Below the pieces are notes generated by a model. It saw nothing but the letters and a program-made list of their open reading frames with translations, did not search any database and was not told where the DNA came from. Positions 1 to 9,793 of a stretch of 64,000 nucleotides of DNA are shown here, in pieces. This DNA comes from Fibrobacteria bacterium (GTDB lineage: Bacteria; Fibrobacterota; Fibrobacteria; UBA11236; JADFYW01). Positions within the stretch are counted from its first letter, which is position 1, and each line of letters opens with the position of its first letter. Position numbers and translations under genes: made by a program. The stretch spans positions 32,001-96,000 of the forward strand of contig JBNKOC010000007.1 of NCBI GenBank assembly GCA_050294405.1, in the 5' to 3' direction.

Positions 1-116
1 GCCCCCTGGAAACTTATTCTTCGCCATATTATTACCGAATTAAAATTGAACCTAGGTATGGTCGAACCACACAATTTAGTTTAGCTCAACTAGTCATTTT
101 AAAAAGTATTTAATTC

Positions 117-740
117 ATGTCCTTTAATTCCACAAAAAAATATTGGACCTCGGGGGAGTTTGAACAACATTACAACCAATATTTTTCACTAATTTATGGG
201 ATTCTATTGAGGTATAGCAAAAACCCCCTGGATGCGAAAGATTTAACCCACGATGTTTTTATCAAATGCTATGAGAATTTTGAGAATTTCCGTGGAGATT
301 CTAAAGTTTCAACCTGGCTTTACAGAGTGGCGGTAAATTATGGAATAGATTATTTACGCAAAAAAAAACCAAATTATTTAGACCCCAAGCAACTTGAATT
401 TTTAAGCTCGGAATGCCAGGAAAATTTAGAACAAAATGTGTTAACAAAACTGTCTTTTGAGAAAATGCTTACTCAAGTAAATTCGACATCCAGAGAAATT
501 CTGTTTTTATATTTTTTTGAAAAATTAAATCAAGTTGAAATAGCCGAACTTATAGGAATTTCCCGACAGGCAGTAAAAAAACACCTTGATAAATTTCAAA
601 AAATTAAAACTCCACTTTTAAAGCAATTTCAGTCCATTCTAGTTTGGGTTGCATTATTATTGAGCCAATTCGTCCAACCATTTGACCCGAATTTTGGGGA
701 AAAATTGGAACCTACCCAGGAGAATCATGAATACCAATAA
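117..740 (+). CDS. ECF-type RNA polymerase sigma-70 factor with short C-terminal extension
   Basis: Region 2 motifs DAKDLTHDVF and FRGDSKVSTWLYRVAVN; region 4 HTH EIAELIGISRQAVK; 207 aa. Confidence 0.93.
   Translation: MSFNSTKKYWTSGEFEQHYNQYFSLIYGILLRYSKNPLDAKDLTHDVFIKCYENFENFRGDSKVSTWLYRVAVNYGIDYLRKKKPNYLDPKQLEFLSSECQENLEQNVLTKLSFEKMLTQVNSTSREILFLYFFEKLNQVEIAELIGISRQAVKKHLDKFQKIKTPLLKQFQSILVWVALLLSQFVQPFDPNFGEKLEPTQENHEYQ
647..674 (+). promoter_or_regulatory. Putative ECF promoter GGTTGCAT-N16-CGTC inside the 3' end of the sigma gene, ahead of the anti-sigma gene
   Basis: GGTTGCAT 647-654 and CGTC 671-674; the same boxes and spacing recur at 3037-3064; CGT is a typical ECF -10 core. Confidence 0.6.
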
Positions 741-1464
741 TATGGATTCATCTCTTAGTTTTTTTAAGTACGCAGCCGGGTTAATGGATCCCGCTGAGAA
801 AAAAAACTATGAAAAAGTTTTGGAATCCAATCCGGATTTGAAAGAAAAACTATTGGATTTAAATCAGTATGATAGCCAAAAAAATTTCCAGGAGCTTGCT
901 GCCAAAACCGTTTATAAAAATCGCAAAAATATAACAAAGCCCGCTGGTTTCAGGAGTTTCTCAATGATATCGCTGTTTTCTAAAAAAAGGCAGCCTATTT
1001 TGGCTTTTGCAGTCTCCATGTTCATACTAGTATGCGCGATTTTAATTATTGAAAACCCTCAAAAAAAATTGATATACGCTTCAAAAGGAAGTGATGGCCT
1101 CCAATTAATAATTAATAACGAACCATTGTTAAAAAACCAAATAAAAGATGTTCACCATGGAGACACTATTCATATCAGACATCGCAACCTTAGCTATCCT
1201 TTTCTTCAAATATGGTATAAGGATGATCAAGAACCACCTTTACCCTACATAGCGCCCTCAATTAAAATTAATCCGGATAATAATTGGAATTGGGTTCCAA
1301 AATCAATTGTGATTCAAGGGCATTCCTGGCAATTTGAAACTATATGGGTAATCCTTTCTCAAAATCATCTTAATAAGAACGAAGCCCTTAACGCAATTCA
1401 AAACCCTCATGACAAAGTATTGGTTCAAAAGTATGAAATCCGCAATTTGGATTATAAACCTTAG
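727..1464 (+). CDS. Putative anti-sigma factor: N-terminal cytoplasmic helical part, single TM helix, extracytoplasmic beta domain (DUF4384/ActD-like)
   Basis: Overlaps the sigma stop; AGGAG RBS before ATG 727 (ORF track starts at 682); YAAGLMDPAEKKNYEKVL resembles an anti-sigma N-terminus; TM ILAFAVSMFILVCAILII followed by ASKG. Confidence 0.7.
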   Translation: MNTNNMDSSLSFFKYAAGLMDPAEKKNYEKVLESNPDLKEKLLDLNQYDSQKNFQELAAKTVYKNRKNITKPAGFRSFSMISLFSKKRQPILAFAVSMFILVCAILIIENPQKKLIYASKGSDGLQLIINNEPLLKNQIKDVHHGDTIHIRHRNLSYPFLQIWYKDDQEPPLPYIAPSIKINPDNNWNWVPKSIVIQGHSWQFETIWVILSQNHLNKNEALNAIQNPHDKVLVQKYEIRNLDYKP

Positions 1465-3007
1465 TTTAATTTTAACTGTATCTCTGGTATCGGGAAAAGT
1501 ATCCCGGGTTGGGATTATTATTGGAGCAAATAAAGGTTTAAAAAATGAAGAAAAACTTTCTTATGCGGATAATGATGCAAACAAAATGTTCGATGTGCTA
1601 AAAAAATATGGGAAATTTGAACCCGATAATTTAATGTTATTAAAAAATGAAAGTTACTCGTCATTTACAACTTCGTTAAATAAAATACAGAATAAGATAA
1701 ATAGCCTTAAAGCGAAGGGTGATAAAGTTATATTCTTATTTTACTACTCCGGCCATGGTAGTCTTTCCTCCCTTCACATACATGGTAAATCCTTAAATAA
1801 AAGTTATTTGATGGATAAACTATCTGATTTTCCTGCCGACATGAAAATTCTTTTAATAGACGCATGTGAGTCTGGTAGTTTTTTGAGAAAAAAAGGAGGA
1901 TATGTTGTTGACAAGCAAATTATAAATAAAAAAGAAGATTTAGCTTCGGAAGGAACTGTTATTATTACCTCAAGTTCAACCAATGAATCCTCCCATGAAT
2001 CAATCAATTATAAAGGTTCTATTTTTTCCCATCATTTGATTAATGGATTAAAAGGCTTGGCAGACTATAATGAAGATAACCAGGTAAGTTTAATTGAGGC
2101 TTACCAATACGCCCAATTGGCAACTCATATGGAAAACATTTCGGAAGGCGCTCCTCGGCAAAATCCCGGCTTTGATATGGATGTAGTTGGCAAGGAGGGC
2201 ATAGTATTAACTCAATTACCCACAAAAGTTGGCGGTATTTTATTTAAAGAAATGCCCCCGGCAACCATCGAGGTTTACAATAAACTTACCGCAGAATACT
2301 ATTCAAAAATTTATTTGTCAGGTAAAAAAAATATAAACCTTGTGGTACCCATCGGAAAATACGTCTTAACATATCATACTGGTGAAAGAACTTATTCGTC
2401 AAATATAAATTTGGATGCCTTAAGTGATCCGAAAGTGGAAATTTCTCCTAAAAACTTTAAAGAAAACCGCCGGAATCCCGTAATTAAAAAGGGATTAAAA
2501 AGATTAATCTTAAATCCTCATGGGTTTCAAATTAGTGCGAGATTTCAAAATTCATTTAAAGAAAAAAACCATAGCTCAATTCAAGCTGCCTATGACTACC
2601 AAGGTGTTTTTTTAAAAAACCAGCTCGGCCTGGCGTTAAGCACTTACAACACCCAAGGGATATATTTTAATAAAGAGGTATGGCTGTCCTCTCTATTTGC
2701 AAACTCTATGTTAACGCTTTATAAAAATAATTTTGGCCAAGCGCTTTATGGGTTGGGTAGTAAAATAGGACTAGTGAACCAAAAACTTTGGGATAACCGT
2801 TTAACCCAATTAGCTAAGAAAACTCCCCCTGAAACGAATTATTCACTTTATTTTTCTGGATACATGCCTTTGACCCTGGAGCTACACTTTGTCTCCTCAA
2901 TATCAATTGTATCTGGGGTAAATCTCAATCTTGACTTCTATCAGCAGAAAAATTGGACTGTAAATTTTAATCTGAGTCCAGAGCTTGGGTTAAAGTTTAA
3001 TTTTTGA
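1433..3007 (+). CDS. Exported caspase-family (peptidase C14) protein with probable C-terminal outer-membrane beta-barrel
   Basis: Signal peptide MKSAIW...VSG; His motif FYYSGHG and Cys motif LIDACESG; GLKGLADYNEDNQVS motif; C-terminus LGLKFNF ends in Phe. ORF track starts at 1409. Confidence 0.88.
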   Translation: MKSAIWIINLSLILTVSLVSGKVSRVGIIIGANKGLKNEEKLSYADNDANKMFDVLKKYGKFEPDNLMLLKNESYSSFTTSLNKIQNKINSLKAKGDKVIFLFYYSGHGSLSSLHIHGKSLNKSYLMDKLSDFPADMKILLIDACESGSFLRKKGGYVVDKQIINKKEDLASEGTVIITSSSTNESSHESINYKGSIFSHHLINGLKGLADYNEDNQVSLIEAYQYAQLATHMENISEGAPRQNPGFDMDVVGKEGIVLTQLPTKVGGILFKEMPPATIEVYNKLTAEYYSKIYLSGKKNINLVVPIGKYVLTYHTGERTYSSNINLDALSDPKVEISPKNFKENRRNPVIKKGLKRLILNPHGFQISARFQNSFKEKNHSSIQAAYDYQGVFLKNQLGLALSTYNTQGIYFNKEVWLSSLFANSMLTLYKNNFGQALYGLGSKIGLVNQKLWDNRLTQLAKKTPPETNYSLYFSGYMPLTLELHFVSSISIVSGVNLNLDFYQQKNWTVNFNLSPELGLKFNF

Positions 3008-3036
3008 CTTTGGGCTCCAAAATCTTTTTAAAAACT

Positions 3037-3064
3037 GGTTGCATTTTACCTACTCCTCCCCGTC
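3037..3064 (+). promoter_or_regulatory. Putative ECF promoter GGTTGCAT-N16-CGTC upstream of the 3112 gene
   Basis: Intergenic, 47 nt before ATG 3112; boxes and spacing identical to the 647-674 copy. Confidence 0.65.
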
Positions 3065-3111
3065 TTATTTATATCCAATATTTCACTTAGCAATAAAAAT
3101 AGGGAGGAAAA

Positions 3112-3846
3112 ATGAAAAAGTTTGGATTATTAAAATGTGCGGCCATCCTAATGCTGGGTAGTGGCCTAAACTCATTTGGTGCAGCCTGTACCAAAATCTA
3201 TTCCAGTTACACAATGACCGCACACAAAGCAGGCTGCTTTGAAATTGTAGGCTCAAATCTCACTTTTGATGGCAATGGTTATTCTGTTAATGGAAATACC
3301 GTGAATGAAAGCAATACTATTATTAAAGTAACGGGACAAAATGTGACTGTTCAAGATGTGTTTATTGATTGCAAAACAAAAACCTATGGGGCATTTTTTA
3401 AGAATGCAGGAACTTCAAATTTAAGGAATATTCAAGTGCGCAATTGTTTTGTTGGAGTCGAAAACGATAATTCCAAATTAGTAATAACTGGAAAACAAAT
3501 GGAAGGTTCAAATATGCCTAATAATTATTATGATGTGAGAAATATATACGCAAGTTATGATACTTATACATATACCTATGACTTAGAAGCCCATAATATT
3601 CCGGCTCGTGAAGGACGGGGAGTTCAGATATACTATTCCCAGTTTTATGACTATAAGGGAAATATTTATGGAAAGGATATTGGCATTTTAGGCATCGGCA
3701 ACAAAAATTTATTTTATTTAAATGGTACTAGTCTCACTTATACCAATATGTATGATTTGTATGTTACAAATGTTCCTGCCGTTTACCTCAACAATACATC
3801 CATCGAAAACATCCGAAAATATAAAAGTAATATTTATGAATTATAA
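3112..3846 (+). CDS. Secreted right-handed beta-helix (pectin-lyase-fold/NosD-like) protein
   Basis: GGGAGG RBS; signal peptide; NLTFDGNGYSV motif and repeating Asn/Ile/Gly beta-turn pattern. Confidence 0.6.
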   Translation: MKKFGLLKCAAILMLGSGLNSFGAACTKIYSSYTMTAHKAGCFEIVGSNLTFDGNGYSVNGNTVNESNTIIKVTGQNVTVQDVFIDCKTKTYGAFFKNAGTSNLRNIQVRNCFVGVENDNSKLVITGKQMEGSNMPNNYYDVRNIYASYDTYTYTYDLEAHNIPAREGRGVQIYYSQFYDYKGNIYGKDIGILGIGNKNLFYLNGTSLTYTNMYDLYVTNVPAVYLNNTSIENIRKYKSNIYEL

Positions 3847-3857
3847 TTAACCATGGT

Positions 3858-3886
3858 GTCTGCCTTATATGTAAGGCAGACTTTTT
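3858..3886 (+). terminator. Rho-independent terminator
   Basis: Stem GTCTGCCTTA/TAAGGCAGAC, loop TATG, followed by TTTTT. Confidence 0.75.
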
Positions 3887-3913
3887 AAAATTTAAGCAGC
3901 CAAAATTCAAATC

Positions 3914-5797
3914 ATGAGAAATTTCATAAAACATATTGTTATTATAAGTTCCTTACTTCCAGTCCTTCTATCGGCAAGTCCAAAACCTGCCTCTAACCCC
4001 TTATCAATAGCTGGTCTAATGGATAACCAGGCAAATTTTAAAATTTATCTGGAAGCTAAGGAGCAAATAAATATCAGTGAAAAGGCAATTGCAGAGCGTC
4101 AAAGTATTTATCAATTATTGCTTAATAATCAGCCTGCTCAGCATATTTGCGAAAGCTTATTGCAGCTAGAGAAGAAATTCAGCAATAAAATTTCTAACTC
4201 AGTTCCCGATTGGAAAGTGGAAGAAGCATATAACTCTCTGAATATCAACAATGTTACTGATACTCAAGAGTTACTAATACGGCAGGCATTACGCTCCCAT
4301 TTGTACTTTTCAGACCCACAAAATATATCAGAAGCCCAAAATCAAATGGAAATGGAATTAATAAAAAATCAGGCCGAAGAAGATGAAGCTCATCCCGCTT
4401 TGACCATTGCTGAATTAAGAATTAAAGCCAATCCTGATGGATGCGTGGCTAGTTTTCAATCGAAGGACTGTTTTATAACCGTTAAAGAATTTAACAACTA
4501 CCTTCCCTTAGCTGGAGAACAAAGAAACTTTACCCTCGAAGAAGCCAGAAAAAACATTCTTGAAAATTACGCCTTCCAAAAATTAAAAGCAAAAAAAAGT
4601 CAGGAACTCAATCCGGATATAGATAAAGATGAATTATTGAAAAAAGTTAAAGAGGGAATTGAATATTACGAAACCAGGAAAGCTCTTTTGGGAATGGGTA
4701 GACCCGTTACGGACCCCAAAATTTTGTTTTATACCTATCAAAAATATTACAAACAATATTTTTCAGGAAGAGATAGTGTTCTGATGAAGGTACTTGCATC
4801 CAGCGATTCTAATTATATAAAATCCTTATACAACAATTATGCAGAGCCAGTAAACAAAGCCATATCAAATAATCAGCCGCATAACAACAGTACCATAGAT
4901 TCCTTAGCCTGGCTAAAATTCAATGAATGGGAATTGCCCTTAGAATTGGTGGCCCCAACCGATACCTTTTATGAAGGGCAAATCACAAAACCCATACAAA
5001 CAAATTCGGGATATTTTTTAGTGAGGTTGGAAAAAATTGTTTCGATACCAAAAATTGAATTTAAGGATGCCCATAGTAAATGCATCTATCTTGCCACAAG
5101 GGATAAGTTTTTAAATTATGATTCAGTAATAAATGAAAAGGCCTTCGATTATTATCAAAAAAACAAGTCTTCTTATGTAACCCCAGATACTGTTTTATAC
5201 CAATTTTGGCTCGCTCCCAAAAACAGCTACTCTTCTGTTGAAGCCTTTACTAAAGATACCAATTCAATACTTCCTTTAATAAAAAGAGACACAGATTTAC
5301 CATTTTCTATGATTGACAAATACGCAATAAACAATAAAACTCACGAATTACAAATTTATAATCACAAATTTGGGCAAATGTTGGTGAAAATTCTTGAGGT
5401 AAAAAAAGGAAGACTGAAGGTTCCCTATTCCCATGTTAAGGCTGAAATTTTGCAGAAAATAATTCCTGACGACAAAATTTTTCAGCCAAGCTACGCCAAC
5501 ATTTCTCCCGAAGACAGCCTGCTAAGAGAAAAAATTTATATAGATATGGGCACCAGGAATTTAATTTTTAAAAACATAGAGCAGGAAATCGAAGGATATA
5601 CTGATGAAGAAATTAAAATGGCCATGGAAAATGGCGAAATAGAGCTATCAAAGATACCTTCTGATTTGGATGAAGAAAGACGCATAGTTCTTGCGAAACA
5701 AAATTTAAAAATGTCTCATATCGAAAAAGCCCAAATGGCCATTGAAGAAAAATATAAATCCCTTAAATTTGCCACAGACTTGCTGGCTACCAAATAA
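3914..5797 (+). CDS. Exported parvulin/PpiC-type peptidyl-prolyl isomerase-like chaperone (SurA/PpiD-like)
   Basis: Signal peptide; GQITKPIQTNSGYFLVRL rotamase C-terminal motif; second degenerate copy (KFGQMLVKILE...PYSHVKAEI); AFDYYQKNKSSY helix. Confidence 0.6.
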   Translation: MRNFIKHIVIISSLLPVLLSASPKPASNPLSIAGLMDNQANFKIYLEAKEQINISEKAIAERQSIYQLLLNNQPAQHICESLLQLEKKFSNKISNSVPDWKVEEAYNSLNINNVTDTQELLIRQALRSHLYFSDPQNISEAQNQMEMELIKNQAEEDEAHPALTIAELRIKANPDGCVASFQSKDCFITVKEFNNYLPLAGEQRNFTLEEARKNILENYAFQKLKAKKSQELNPDIDKDELLKKVKEGIEYYETRKALLGMGRPVTDPKILFYTYQKYYKQYFSGRDSVLMKVLASSDSNYIKSLYNNYAEPVNKAISNNQPHNNSTIDSLAWLKFNEWELPLELVAPTDTFYEGQITKPIQTNSGYFLVRLEKIVSIPKIEFKDAHSKCIYLATRDKFLNYDSVINEKAFDYYQKNKSSYVTPDTVLYQFWLAPKNSYSSVEAFTKDTNSILPLIKRDTDLPFSMIDKYAINNKTHELQIYNHKFGQMLVKILEVKKGRLKVPYSHVKAEILQKIIPDDKIFQPSYANISPEDSLLREKIYIDMGTRNLIFKNIEQEIEGYTDEEIKMAMENGEIELSKIPSDLDEERRIVLAKQNLKMSHIEKAQMAIEEKYKSLKFATDLLATK

Positions 5798-5818
5798 TTT
5801 CCCTCCATTCCCAATGAA

Positions 5819-5855
5819 AAATATAGGCGGAATTGCTCCAATTTCGCCTATATTT
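5819..5855. terminator. Long hairpin, probable terminator
   Basis: AAATATAGGCGGAATTG-CTC-CAATTTCGCCTATATTT, 21 nt after the 5797 stop. Confidence 0.55.
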
Positions 5856-5981
5856 GTGGTGGTCTGAGAAAATACCAAGCCCAGCACTGCATTTTTATTA
5901 CTTTGAAATTTTGTCAAAAAAGAGTTTTCTTCGGTAAACTCTCTGGGTTATCCACCTTTAAAATAGAGTTCTGATTTTTCT

Positions 5982-7568
5982 ATGGAAATAATTAACCTTA
6001 TAACCTTTGCTGGCTGCACTTTGCTAGTAGCCATCCTCTCTTTTATTCTTACAAAAAACGACGACCACGATTCCAATGTTGGGTATTTTCTCGGAGGCCG
6101 ACGGCTGACTGGTGGGGTCATAGCTGGTTCACTAATGCTGACCAATTTATCAACTGAGCAATTGGTTGGACTAAACGGAGTCTCTTATTTAGAGGGTATG
6201 GTTTGCATTGCCTGGGAAACTCTCGCGGGTTTAGCCCTTGTGGTCATGGCCCTGGTATTTTTGCCGAGATATTTAAAAAGTGGCATAACCACAATTCCCC
6301 AGTTTATGGAAGAGCGCTTCGATCACACCACCAGAACTATTGCCACTTTTCTTTTCCTTTCCGGGTACGCCATAGTGCTCTTGCCAATGGTTTTATATTC
6401 AGGTGCCTTGGCTTTTACAGGCATGTTTGATTTGCCTCATACACTAGGCATTAGCCATACCGCCTCAGTGTGGCTTTGCGTTTGGGCTATTGGAATAGCG
6501 GGTTCCTTGTATGCTATTATTGGCGGGTTACGTACCGTGGCCATTTCCGATACCATTAATGGGATTGGACTAATCATAGGTGGTTTAGCCATTCCTTTTT
6601 TTGGAGTATTGTATCTGGGAGAAGGAAGTTTTGCTGCGGGAATTTCTGCTTTAAAAAACAATCACCCAGAGCTGCTCAATTCAGTGGGTCGAGCAGATCA
6701 ATCTGTGCCTTTTGGCACTTTATTTACAGGCATGGTTTTGGTCCAGTTGTTCTATTGGTGCGGCAACCAGCAAATTATCCAGCGGACCTTTGGCGCAAAA
6801 AATTTGGTGGAAGGGCAAAAGGGAGTATTGCTTGCCGGTTTTTTAAAAACCTTAGGTCCCCTTATTTTAGTTGTCCCGGGAATGATAGCCTTTCACATAT
6901 TCGGAAATACTCTGGAACGCCCGGATATGGCTTATGGTATGTTAGTGAAAGAAGTTCTGCCTGGCTGGTTGGTAGGCTTTTTTGCCGCAGTGCTGGCAGG
7001 TGCCATATTAAGCTCCTTTAACAGCGGGCTCAATTCCGCCTGTACGCTCTATGGTTTGGGAGTTTACAAGGGAATAATTAAAAAAGAAGCCAATGAACAT
7101 CAAACGGTGAAATCGGGAAAAATATTCGGAATATTTTTAGCCATTTTTGCTATGTCCACAGCCCCCCTTATTGCCAATGCTCCCGAAGGGCTATTTGGAT
7201 ATTTGCAAACCGTCAATGGGGCCTATGCCATTCCCATTTTTTCTGTGATATTAGTGGGATTTTTTGCCCGGCGGGTCCCCCCTATCGCTGCTAAAATTGG
7301 TCTTATTACTGGAGTCGTTTTTTACTCAGCTACAGCCATATACATGAAGCCTAATATACACTACTTGCATTTAATGGGTTTCTTTTTTGTGTTTAACATA
7401 GTTCTTATGCTGGTCATTGGCTTTTTTGTAAAACGCGAAACTGCCTGGGTGCACCAACATTCCGGCGATGTGGACCTCACTCCCTGGAAGCACGCTAAAC
7501 TTGCGGCATTAATTATTGTGGTGGTAGTTCTGATTTCTTATATCAGTTTCTCACCCTTGTTTATTTAA
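5982..7568 (+). CDS. Sodium:solute symporter (SSS family, YidK-like sugar/inositol transporter)
   Basis: GYFLGGRRL, SLMLTNLSTEQLVG, YWCGNQQIIQR, AILSSFNSGLNS; about 13-14 TM helices. Confidence 0.93.
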   Translation: MEIINLITFAGCTLLVAILSFILTKNDDHDSNVGYFLGGRRLTGGVIAGSLMLTNLSTEQLVGLNGVSYLEGMVCIAWETLAGLALVVMALVFLPRYLKSGITTIPQFMEERFDHTTRTIATFLFLSGYAIVLLPMVLYSGALAFTGMFDLPHTLGISHTASVWLCVWAIGIAGSLYAIIGGLRTVAISDTINGIGLIIGGLAIPFFGVLYLGEGSFAAGISALKNNHPELLNSVGRADQSVPFGTLFTGMVLVQLFYWCGNQQIIQRTFGAKNLVEGQKGVLLAGFLKTLGPLILVVPGMIAFHIFGNTLERPDMAYGMLVKEVLPGWLVGFFAAVLAGAILSSFNSGLNSACTLYGLGVYKGIIKKEANEHQTVKSGKIFGIFLAIFAMSTAPLIANAPEGLFGYLQTVNGAYAIPIFSVILVGFFARRVPPIAAKIGLITGVVFYSATAIYMKPNIHYLHLMGFFFVFNIVLMLVIGFFVKRETAWVHQHSGDVDLTPWKHAKLAALIIVVVVLISYISFSPLFI

Positions 7569-7712
7569 ACCCAGGTTAGAAATAATTGTGGAGTTTTACC
7601 AAAATACACCACTTTGCAAAGCTACTGACTTCCAGAGGTTTAGAAGATTTGGGAGTAGAACCCGGTAAACCTATATTAGATAGGGATAATTAATCTTTTC
7701 AGAAAGCCTATT

Positions 7713-8375
7713 ATGAAAACTATTACCCTTTTCATGTTTTTGTTGTGTGCAACCATTCCCGTTTGGAGCGACTCCACCGGAGTACTAAATGCTGAAGGCG
7801 GCCTTGATGTGGAAAAAGTCAAAGCCCTTTATTTTAATGCAGATTTTGATAACTTAATAACAGAACTGGAGAACTATCGTAAATCCCAGCCCGAAGCATC
7901 CACCGATGACAAAATAATTTGGAACAAATACCTGGGTGTTGTTTATGCATCGAAGCCCGACACAGAAAAAAAGGGCGAAGCGTTTATATACCAATGGATT
8001 AGTCTGGACCCCAACCCTCAAATTGCCGACTTATTTGTATCCGAAAAAATTAGAGAAATTTTTGAACAGCAGAAACAAGATTATGAAACAGTTCAAAAAT
8101 CTTCCAACAAATCAACATCTACTTCGAGTATTGCAGCCTCGTCCAATTCAAACGACCTGTCAAATTCATCCAGCATGGTAAAACCATCTGACAATGGTAA
8201 GAATCAGGAACAAAGTTCTAGTGCTGACAAAAATAAAAGCTGGGTTTGGTGGACAGCAGGAGCAGGTGCTGTGGTTGCTGTGGCAACAACCTTTTTGCTG
8301 ACTAGCGGAGGAGATCCTGAACCCGAGACCTCGAAGTCTGCCGAAGTAACTATTAGTTGGCCGGTACCCCAATGA
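7713..8375 (+). CDS. Exported TPR-like protein with Ser-rich linker and C-terminal hydrophobic segment
   Basis: Signal peptide; helical KYLGVVYA...GEAFIYQWISLDP; KSWVWWTAGAGAVVAVA segment. Confidence 0.6.
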   Translation: MKTITLFMFLLCATIPVWSDSTGVLNAEGGLDVEKVKALYFNADFDNLITELENYRKSQPEASTDDKIIWNKYLGVVYASKPDTEKKGEAFIYQWISLDPNPQIADLFVSEKIREIFEQQKQDYETVQKSSNKSTSTSSIAASSNSNDLSNSSSMVKPSDNGKNQEQSSSADKNKSWVWWTAGAGAVVAVATTFLLTSGGDPEPETSKSAEVTISWPVPQ

Positions 8376-9790
8376 GATATAAACTCCAACTCTTTTTGAG
8401 TTTTGCGCTACTAGCAGCTTTCATGGGCTGCCTGTCTGATTCAGGAAATGGAACCGTAGAAAAATTAAGCATACGACTTGAAGCACCGCCTTCGAATGTA
8501 ACAGTGGACAGCGTGGTGGGAGTTTTAGAACCGGGTTCAAATCGTTTGGTATTCACTAAAGTGTCGGACAATTCCTATAAAGGCAATTGGGATCCTATTC
8601 CAGAAAACCCCGGCACCCTTAATTTTGAAATCTGGTCTGGCGATGTTGTTATTAGCTCTGGCAGCGTGGGGTGGGATCCTAGCCAGGAAGAAATAGAACT
8701 TACTTCCACCTGGGATGCGGAGGCTATTGCCTCTTTGCAAAAAGATAGCATTGATAACCCCTTTAACATTCAGGTGGCTTGGCTTGCCGCACCTGCGGCG
8801 AATATTGAAGCTCCTCTGGTGTACTTTTGGAATGGAGATTCTGTAATCAGGCTGACCTCCGAATTTGATTCTGATAGAAATCTTAGATTGTCTGAAACCA
8901 GACTAGTATGGCTCAGGGGATCTGGTACATCAGGCGAAGTGTATGCATATGAAAATCAAACTTATGCACCAGCCACTTCCAATTCCCTGGAAGAGCGAGA
9001 TCTCATGCAATGGGACGAGCTTCTAGCCTGGACAGTAGAAGATGGGGCAGAATTCCAGGTACGGTTACAGGAAGGGAATGAACCTGTGGAAATTATCCAT
9101 CGCAGCGACTTGGATGTATACAACCCTTCCGCCTCTGATGAACTTATTACCTGGGGTGAAAAAATCGAAACCCAAACCAGTTCCTACATTTCCACCATTT
9201 TTGTAAAACACCGGGATTCACTAAACAACAATCCAGTGAAACTGGGTAGAGACTATAATGAAGCACCCCAGGCCTCTCTCGATAATGTATTCTGGTTTTA
9301 CAACGCACAATTGAGCAAATGGAACCATAGCGAGGATTCAACTTATAACACTTTTATATCCGGTACAAACCTGGTTATCCGCAATCTCTCAGTTTGGGAT
9401 GGAAAAGCGGCAGGTTATTACCAGGATGGCAACAAACAAGAAATATTTTTCTGGGATGGTATTCAGGATGAAATTTTGGAGGTATCGGGGTTGGACAATT
9501 CTCCTGAATCCGGCACTAACCCTTATTTACATGGAAACCAACTTGTTTGGTTAGCTCGGCTTGATGATGAACAAGAAGTGTACCATATGGATATGGAAAA
9601 CCAAAAGGCTACTAACTTAACCCAATCACGGGATAGCTACACTAACCCCAGAGTATATGAAAGATCAGAAGCCATTTATGCCCTTTGGATTCGGGGCGGC
9701 GAATTAGTTCTTAAAAATATTACTCTTGACAAAGACACTGTTCTTTCCGATTCGGGTTGGACTGTTAGCGAAGCTGTTTTCCCCCAATAA
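8372..9790 (+). CDS. Lipoprotein with probable beta-propeller repeats
   Basis: ATGA overlap with the upstream stop; lipobox FMGC; repeated Trp-containing blades (LVW, IFFWDG). ORF track starts at 8357. Confidence 0.6.
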   Translation: MRYKLQLFLSFALLAAFMGCLSDSGNGTVEKLSIRLEAPPSNVTVDSVVGVLEPGSNRLVFTKVSDNSYKGNWDPIPENPGTLNFEIWSGDVVISSGSVGWDPSQEEIELTSTWDAEAIASLQKDSIDNPFNIQVAWLAAPAANIEAPLVYFWNGDSVIRLTSEFDSDRNLRLSETRLVWLRGSGTSGEVYAYENQTYAPATSNSLEERDLMQWDELLAWTVEDGAEFQVRLQEGNEPVEIIHRSDLDVYNPSASDELITWGEKIETQTSSYISTIFVKHRDSLNNNPVKLGRDYNEAPQASLDNVFWFYNAQLSKWNHSEDSTYNTFISGTNLVIRNLSVWDGKAAGYYQDGNKQEIFFWDGIQDEILEVSGLDNSPESGTNPYLHGNQLVWLARLDDEQEVYHMDMENQKATNLTQSRDSYTNPRVYERSEAIYALWIRGGELVLKNITLDKDTVLSDSGWTVSEAVFPQ

Positions 9791-9793
9791 AAG

